DNA from: Nemertoderma westbladi
Taxonomy: Eukaryota > Animalia > Xenacoelomorpha
Assembly (NCBI GenBank): GCA_032718475.1
Contig: JAUCBJ010003659.1
Span: forward strand, 1-43,142
Direction of reading: 5' to 3'
Length of the DNA stretch: 43,142 nucleotides
The notes beneath the pieces are model-generated. The model was not told where the DNA came from. It saw only the letters and a list, made by a program, of their open reading frames with translations, and did not search any database. A program made the translations under genes and the position numbers. How positions within the stretch are numbered: position 1 is the first letter of the stretch; every line of letters starts with the position of its first letter. Shown here one piece after another: positions 36,181 to 43,142 of this stretch.

Positions 36181-37895
36181 GGGCGTGGCACGCCACACTT
36201 TCTTGAAGAAGGAAGTATTGTGGCAGCATGGGCCGCAATTTCTGAACGATAAGACAGCCTGGCCGCCGATGAGAAAGGTGGACCCGGGCTCAGGGGAAGT
36301 GACATTAGAGGAAGAGGAGGGAGATTCAGAGGGTAAAGAGATATATAGCCAAATGGTGAGGGAGATAAGGGACATGCAACCAAAACCGGAAGAACTGTGC
36401 GATAACCCGACGGACAAACTCCTTAGCTACAGCCTAGTTGGTACAAGACCAAGAAGTTAGTGGCATACTGGAGAGCCTTCGGGGATTTCCTCAAGGGAGT
36501 CGGCAAAGACATAAAAATTAGAACAACCATCGATCTGGAGGGAGCGGCCAAGGCCGTCATCCGCTATGAACAGAAAAAGAATTACGGCGACGAGGTGGAA
36601 CGCGTCGGTAAACAACAGCATCTCCGACGGGACAGTGAGCTGATCGCGCTGTCGCCACAACTCAATGATGACGGGATCTTAGTAATGAACTCTAGGGTGT
36701 TGAACAACAACAGTATCACCATTCCGCCAAAGCCCATCATCATCCCTAATGGATCGCCGATAGTCCACCAGATTATCTGGGACTCCCAAAGTCGATATTG
36801 CATGGGGGCACCAACTGGACCCTCATGGAGATACGAAGGACCTTTTGGGTCAAACAGTTGAGGAAGAAGGTAAAGGCGGTAGTGGGGCAGTGCCAGACCT
36901 GCCGACGAATGAAAAAGGAGCGAGCCATACAGGAGATGGCGCCACTACCGGCCAGTAGGGTGAGACAGCACGACCCGCCATTCACGCACTGCGGTGTGGA
37001 TATGTTCGGGCCGATAAAGGTTAAGGTGATGCGACACACGGAGAAACGCTACGGAATTATCTTTGTATGCAACAATACGCAGGCGGTAGGGATAGAACTC
37101 GCCCAAGATGCAACAGCATCTGCATTCATCAATGCCCTAGAAAGGTTCAGAGACCGCAAAGGTGGGACGATCGCAGTAATATACTCCGACAACGGAACCA
37201 ACTTTGTGGGGGCGGAGAACGAGATGGCAGAGGCCTTGGATATCCTGGAAGGGGAGGAAGTCAGGGCAGCCATGAGAAGACGACAGGTGAAGTGGGAGAG
37301 GAGGACGCCGTATGCTCCGCATACTCTAGGATGCGTTGAGAGACTCGTGGGTAGTTCAAAGCATCTAATGACGAAGTTGATGAACACCCACATGGTAACA
37401 GAGGACGTACTGAGGACGGTACTAGCAAAGTGTGAGGGTATCATTAATAGCAGACCGCTATATCCAGAAAATGATGACCCAGAGTCATTAGATGTGCTGA
37501 CACCCAGTCACTTTCTAATGGAAAGGCCGGAAACCATCAACATGCGGGGTGTAGACCCAGACGATATACACTCCCGACAGAGTTGGAAAGTCGCTAAGGC
37601 GATAAGTGCAGAGTACTGGAGGAGGTGGGTCGAGGAATATCTACCCACGCTTCATAGGAGAAGCAAGTGGAGAGATACAAACAGGGAGTTAAAGGAAGGT
37701 GATCTGGTGATCGTCACGGACGATACCATCATCAACAACCAGTGGCGGTTGGCGAGAGTTGTGGGGACTTACTCCGATGAGGACGGAAGAGTCTGATCGG
37801 TAGAAGTGCGGATAGGTGGTAAGATAGAAGCGAAAGATAGAAAGACCTACCGAAGGGCTGTAGGAAAGTGTTGCCTGCTAGAGGGCGCACCTTAG
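36181..37895 (+). pseudogene. pol: Element D tether/integrase
   Basis: LWQHGPQFL, HGG..CQTC, VDMFGP, SDNGTNF, VERLVG, RRAVGKCCLLE; stop 37893-95. Confidence 0.92.
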
Positions 37896-37967
37896 TCGAG
37901 TTGAGTTTAGTCGTCCAAGTTTTGGACTGAGGGGGTGGGATTGAGGGCGAGACGCCCTTCCTACACA

Positions 37968-38006
37968 TAAAAATAAAAAAAATAAATAAATAAATAAATA
38001 AATAAA
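37968..38006 (+). repeat. (AAAT)n microsatellite
   Basis: Seen directly. Confidence 0.85.
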
Positions 38007-38017
38007 GAGTAAGTAGG

Positions 38018-38400
38018 CAGATAGTTAGATAGTTAGTTAAGTAGTAAGAGGGTACATAGTACCGCTAGTTAGATAGTTAGTTAGTAGTAAGAGGGTACGT
38101 AGTACCATTAGTTAGATAGTTAGTTAGTAGTTAGAGGGTACGTAGTACTGTTAGTCAGATAGTTAGTTAGTAGTTAGAGGGTACGTAGTACCATTAGTTA
38201 GTTAGTAAGAGTTAGTAGTAAGAGGGTACGTAGTACCGTTAGTTAGTTAGTAAGAGTTAGTAGTAAGAGGGTATGTAGTACCGTTAGTTGAGAGAGAGTT
38301 AGAGGTTAGTAAGAGGGTATGTAGTACCAGTTAGTAAGAGTTAGTGGAGTTAAAAGTTAGTAAGAGGGTACGTAGTACCAGTTAGTAAGAGTTAGTGGTA
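38018..38400 (+). repeat. Tandem array of 8 units (43-51 bp) with hairpin core GGTAC-GTA-GTACC
   Basis: Cores at 38051, 38094, 38137, 38180, 38225, 38270, 38316, 38367; TAG-rich linkers. Confidence 0.92.
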
Positions 38401-38822
38401 GAAGGGTATATATAATATAAATATTAGTTAGTAGTGAGTAGCGAGAGGGGGGCATGTGAGTACAGCTGGATAAATCGTGTAGGCCACGCGACCCATACTG
38501 TTGTACTGCACAAGCCCACAAACTAGGCCAGAATGTGGATTATAGAATAGAATAATCCATTGGCGGAATAAGTAGTAGCACAGTAGTAGGATTGAATTAA
38601 ATTAAAAAATAAAATAAAAGGCAGAAATTAGACAAATTATGGTAACAGTAGGAGAAATATTCTGGAACATAATTAAAGTAACGGACAAAATTGCAAAATT
38701 TAGAACAATTTGGTAGTTTAGAAAATTAGTTAGGAAAATTAGGCTATAACTTAGGTTTCTGGGAGAAGTAGGCCATTATCGAACTGAATAAACCATCCTA
38801 ACGTTATCACTCATCTGTACAG

Positions 38823-40914
38823 CGCCTTGGCAAGGCACCACCTTACAGGTGAGCGGGTGAGAGAGTTCGAAATGGCGGAGAAACTGGTCAGAAAGAGAAA
38901 GGCGGAGTTAGGAGGAAAGGAGATACTGATGGATTTAACCGAGAGGCATCCGGAAGAAAAGACGAGGGAATACTACGAGCGGTTAGAGAGAGGTCACAAA
39001 GCGCGAGTGCTACAGGACCATTTCAGGGAGGTGCACGAACAGCGGCTGGTTGGGACCTATGGGACGCCATCGCTGGACAACGCGATTCGGGATTCTGAAG
39101 TACGCGAAGGAGCCACCGAGAAAGGATTGGAAGAGGTTCATAGAGTCAGTCAGCAGGGGAGGATACATGGTCCTAGACGATGAGGGGACCGTGGAAGACG
39201 AGGAAGGTTCGAGAAGAGGATCGGCCAGGACCATACTCTTACATTTGGCCATGCCAAATGGGGACATTTTCCTATTCGACCTGGGAACGTATGGGAAGAA
39301 GAACGGGCCGAAGTTGAACCAGTTGCCAAAGGCGGTGCAAACCCTAGTGAGAGAGAAGTCAACAGGATCGGCGATCCGGTGATCGGCGTGGGATCGGCGA
39401 TCCGCGACGATGCGGAGAGAATCATCGGTCTGGACACCCCCAACCTCCTGGACATGCAGACGGTCTACATGGCTATGACAGCACCAGACGGGTTGGGACT
39501 AGTGGAGAACTCAGTCCATTGTGGAGCGGTGGCGATGGGCCAGCTAGTGGGGCTCGTGTGTCACAAACCAATGGACTGGAGTAAGTTCAGAGAGGAGTAC
39601 GGAGCGGAGTTGGCAAACTCGCTGAAGTGGGGAGCGAGGCCAGGGAAACAAGAGGTGTATCAATTCCGGAGAGGAGCGATAAAGGTATATCAGAAGCGAT
39701 ATATCCTGCAGGAGGACTGGATAATGATGGGTTTGCTTAACCTATTCATGACCGTGGTTATCGAAAGGGAACCAACGGCATTCCTATTATCGGGATCACC
39801 CCTGAACTACAGAAGAGCCTTCAAGACGGCTTTCGAGGGTCTAGTAGACCACCCGGGGCTGAAGGGCGAGTCGGTGTACTATAACTGCCGACATCTGGTA
39901 GACGGGGAGGTGGATACACCGTATCAGAGATGGGAGCAGCTAGAGGCGGATAGACGAGAAGCGAAGCGATTGGAAGAAATCGCTAGACAGGAAAGGAGAG
40001 AGGCAGAGGAAAGGGAGGAAGAAGCTAGAGCGCAGAGCTACGGCTTCGAGGAACAGGCGGCCTTAGACGAACTTCATTGGACGTCATCACGGAGTTCGGG
40101 GGAGTCTCTAGGGCGAGAATTAGGGTGGACGGTGGGATCACCAAAACAGTCGACATCGGATTGCAGACGACTCCCATACCAGCGGGCGGCGAGGGCGATC
40201 GCCCGCTAAGGAGGCTAGGGGAGCTGGAAGGATGGAAAGTCACGGGCGAGAGCCAAGGTGGGAAGGAACGCAGTGGGTCCACCGGGATACTGGGGTTGGA
40301 GCCACTCCCAGAGGAGGACGAGGATGACGACGAGTTCGGAGAGATGCTGCCCATCGGGAGAATCGGCCACTCGGACACGGACTGGGTTGGCGGGAGGGTG
40401 GTGACGGCCAGTGGGGCAAGGGCCTTCTGGGATAGACCCCGCAAGCGGGCCTGTGTGCATGAGGAGCCGGCGATGGATTTCGCGGGGAGCACCATCAGGT
40501 TGGGCGAGCAACCGGGAACGGCACCACAGGTAGTATTCGGGGAGACGATGCCCAGGAGGGGCGAGGAGATAGATGTGGACAGGGACGCTAACGTCCAAAA
40601 GTTCGCTTACCAGCGACTCCACAGACTGCGGAGATCGCTTGGGACGAAAGGCGATGAAAGTGATCCTATGGGACGCCACCAGGGGGAGACAACAGGGCCA
40701 CTCGGAGGGGCCGCCCGCTAAGAGATACCGGGAGCTAATAACACCAGCGCCCAAGGAGTCGACGACCGGGATTAGTAGAGAGGTGACAGCGAGGGTCAGG
40801 AGCCTGAAGGGAGATAAGACCAAGGGAGCGGCAGCGGCCAGGAAACGACCAAGGGAGGAGGAAGACAGAGGGAAAGAGTTGAGGTGGTTCCCAAAGTCAG
40901 GTGGAACGAACTAA
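38823..40914 (+). pseudogene. Accessory ORF3 of D: DEDDy 3'-5' exonuclease (WRN/Mut-7/EXD-like) domain, coiled coil, basic tail
   Basis: MVLDDEG (Exo I), LLHLAMPNGDIFLFDL, LPKAVQTLVREKSTVIGVGSAIRDD (Exo II, after removing a 14-bp duplication), NLLDMQ, QKRYILQED (Exo III-like); frameshifts ~39050, ~39370, ~40075, ~40715. Confidence 0.72.
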
Positions 40915-41606
40915 GACTTCGATGTGGCATGCCTGGAAGGCACCACCTGAGACGTGCGAACTCCTAAGTACAAATTCAAATAATTTAAATAATTTAAAAG
41001 TGCAATTAGTATGTACGTATGTAACAATCATTAGTTTAGCAAGAAAATATAATCAAAGTAAATACTATAGTCATATAACATTTTTCCAATTAGCTACTGG
41101 GACTGGGGACCAATTGACTATGACAAACGAGATGCTGGACGACTTCACACTTCTTGAGTGCGACGGCACAGGGAGGGGGGTGAGACTCGTCAGGAGTAAG
41201 CGGGCTGAGATGGGGGTTGAGTGATAGCGTGGAGAGAGTGTGGGTGCAATTCAAGTGTGGGGGGGGGGAGAGGCAAGAGGCAGAACAAGGGACAAGGAGG
41301 TCTGAGAGATAGGGTGAGAGGATGCTTAGAGTCAGTTAAGTGCGGGGTTAGAGTGGTGAAAGTGTTGGGGAAACAAAAGTTGTGTGAGAGAAGCGCACGA
41401 TCGGCCCGACACGGGACGCCAGATGTCTTGGTGCAAGATAGGTAAAGTTGTACCAAGACGGGGTAGTGATATCATACCCATAGGGAGCGGCCTGGAAAGC
41501 CGGCTCCGAAAAAATAACTCCACCCCACACCCGATGGTAGATCGGGATCCAGCGGAATTGTAGCGCACTGAAGGTGGATGCTATCTTCTCACCGGGAATA
41601 TAGCAT

Positions 41607-41615
41607 GGGGGGGAG
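41607..41615 (+). promoter_or_regulatory. Polypurine tract of D
   Basis: GGGGGGGAG directly before the LTR TG. Confidence 0.85.
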
Positions 41616-42183
41616 TGTCAGCAAATTCAATTCCGCTAACCACCCCACAAAGTTAGCTTTAAGCAATATTGGGAGCACGAGGTTGATTGCCAATCAACCT
41701 CGTATCACCCCAATAAATGGGGACGAGAAACCCCAAAGGACACACACACAAAGGGGGTCAGAGGTTATACTTCCGAGAGAGAGAGAGTGACAGTAGTGAG
41801 GGGAGAACACTCCCAGAGAGATGGGAGGGCGAGAATTAGGTTATCAGCCAATGGGGGGCAGGCATCCGCTGAGTAATATGGCCAAACTAGAGCAGTATAT
41901 TACCGGTCGGTGTATCACATTCATTTACTCAGTTAGTCAGTTCAGTTAGGGCAGAACGGTAACTCTTGTCACCGTCCACTGCCGCCATCATCATTCAACT
42001 ATATTACCGGTACTCAACTATCACTTTATTGCCAACTGTGCTTATACTTTATTATATATATTTATACATACGTTACCAACAATGGTCAGAGCAACTCAAT
42101 AATATCAGAACTCTTTTCACACACACGGCGGGGACGCGTAAACAAGATAACCGGATAAATCGGGATTCTCGGATCCCGTCACA
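41616..42183 (+). repeat. 3' LTR of D
   Basis: 568 bp, near-identical to 32336-32903. Confidence 0.96.
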
Positions 42184-42524
42184 GTAGTGGTGTAATTCAT
42201 AAGTATTTTGAATTTATTCACCCTACAGTAGTTACTCTAACTAATCTATCACCACACTCCTAACAACCTAATCTATAATCCTAAATCATTGTGTCATAAT
42301 TGTTTATCGTTTCCTATTTACATAGTGTCCTTAAGATCAGATATATTATAAACAATTTTAACTTAATTTTACAAAATTGACGACACATTATTTGGATATT
42401 ACACGTATCTTAACTTCGTCAAATACATTACTGAACAAATTACCTTCCTTAAGTATTGTATTAATAATGTTAATCTTTGACCTTCAATGACCCTTTAGAT
42501 ACCAAGGAGCTTCTTATCTCCTTT

Positions 42525-42690
42525 GTATGGTATATCCATACTTTTAAATGTTTGTCCTCTGTGTTATATGTGTTGTCTTCTGTACGTCTGTTTCACTCGT
42601 ATGGCAACTCCATACTTTTAAATGTACGTCATATATGTATCCTTTATGTTTATCTGTCATTCGTATGGTTTACCCATACTTTTAAATGTA
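42525..42690. repeat. Three copies of GTATGG-N5-CCATAC-TTTTAAATGT
   Basis: Starts at 42525, 42599, 42663. Confidence 0.8.
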
Positions 42691-43142
42691 TGTCCTGTGT
42701 GTAATCGTTGTTTTGTATGTCCTGTTCGTCCACCGAGGTAAAATATAAAGGCCATAGATTAATATTATTTGAGTGGGACAAGATGTTCCTTCGATTATTT
42801 GAAATTTTTAAGATGTTTTGAGGAAGCCCAGATATCGTGTAAAAATTTGAAAATTTTTAAGGGGGACTGTAGTGGCGGGTCTCTCTCAAACAATAAAAAA
42901 TATATTATTACATTACCGCCCATTCTCCCAGCTTATCTTTACAAACCAATATATCTATCTCATCTCCAACATACTCATTCGACCATTATTGGCTGCCCCC
43001 ATTCACAGCCGTTTATCCTATACAGATAAACAGCTGTATTCTTCCCTTCACTCCTGTTCAGCTATTAGGTAGGTATCTCACACTGCGCTACAACCCCTTA
43101 TTACCCATTAACCAATCAAGGCCCACCACTCTGTCACCCCTA

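Larger units (their letters stand above)
32336..42183 (+). mobile_element. Element D: BEL/Pao element lacking PR/RT/RH, with accessory exonuclease ORF
   Basis: 568-bp LTRs, perfect TSD GTAGT (32331-35, 42184-88), BEL gag and integrase. Confidence 0.95.

Noticed and set aside
38018-38400. CRISPR-like array of palindromic repeats
   Set aside because: Linkers are near-copies of each other and low complexity, there are no cas genes, and it lies inside a eukaryotic retrotransposon.
42700-43142. Host gene exon or small ORFs at the window end
   Set aside because: Short ORFs without motifs; nothing supportable.

Overview
Eukaryotic (probably invertebrate) transposon nest with no host gene. It holds four BEL/Pao LTR retrotransposons, all on the + strand. 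A (1-6773) is an internally deleted relative of C. B (~6774-15199) has gag-pol, and its 3' LTR is split by C and D. C (15200-32277) is full length with LTRs at 15200-17563 and 31148-32277 and TSD TATAG/TACAG. D (32336-42183) has 568-bp LTRs, TSD GTAGT, and lacks protease/RT/RNase H. Two 5'-truncated LINE fragments lie on the - strand, one in B's RT and one in C's 5' LTR. Main observations: (1) C and D have no tRNA-type PBS; the bases right after each 5' LTR are complementary to a segment of their own LTR at the likely transcription start, which suggests Tf1-like self-priming in the BEL/Pao lineage. (2) D carries, in the env position, a disrupted ~690-codon ORF with a DEDDy (WRN/Mut-7/EXD-like) 3'-5' exonuclease domain. 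(3) A and C carry a different ~730-codon non-env ORF with a Cys/His cluster and a basic C-terminal tail. Both accessory modules sit behind a second hairpin+PPT-like signal directly after pol. All alignments were done by eye; no database search was run.
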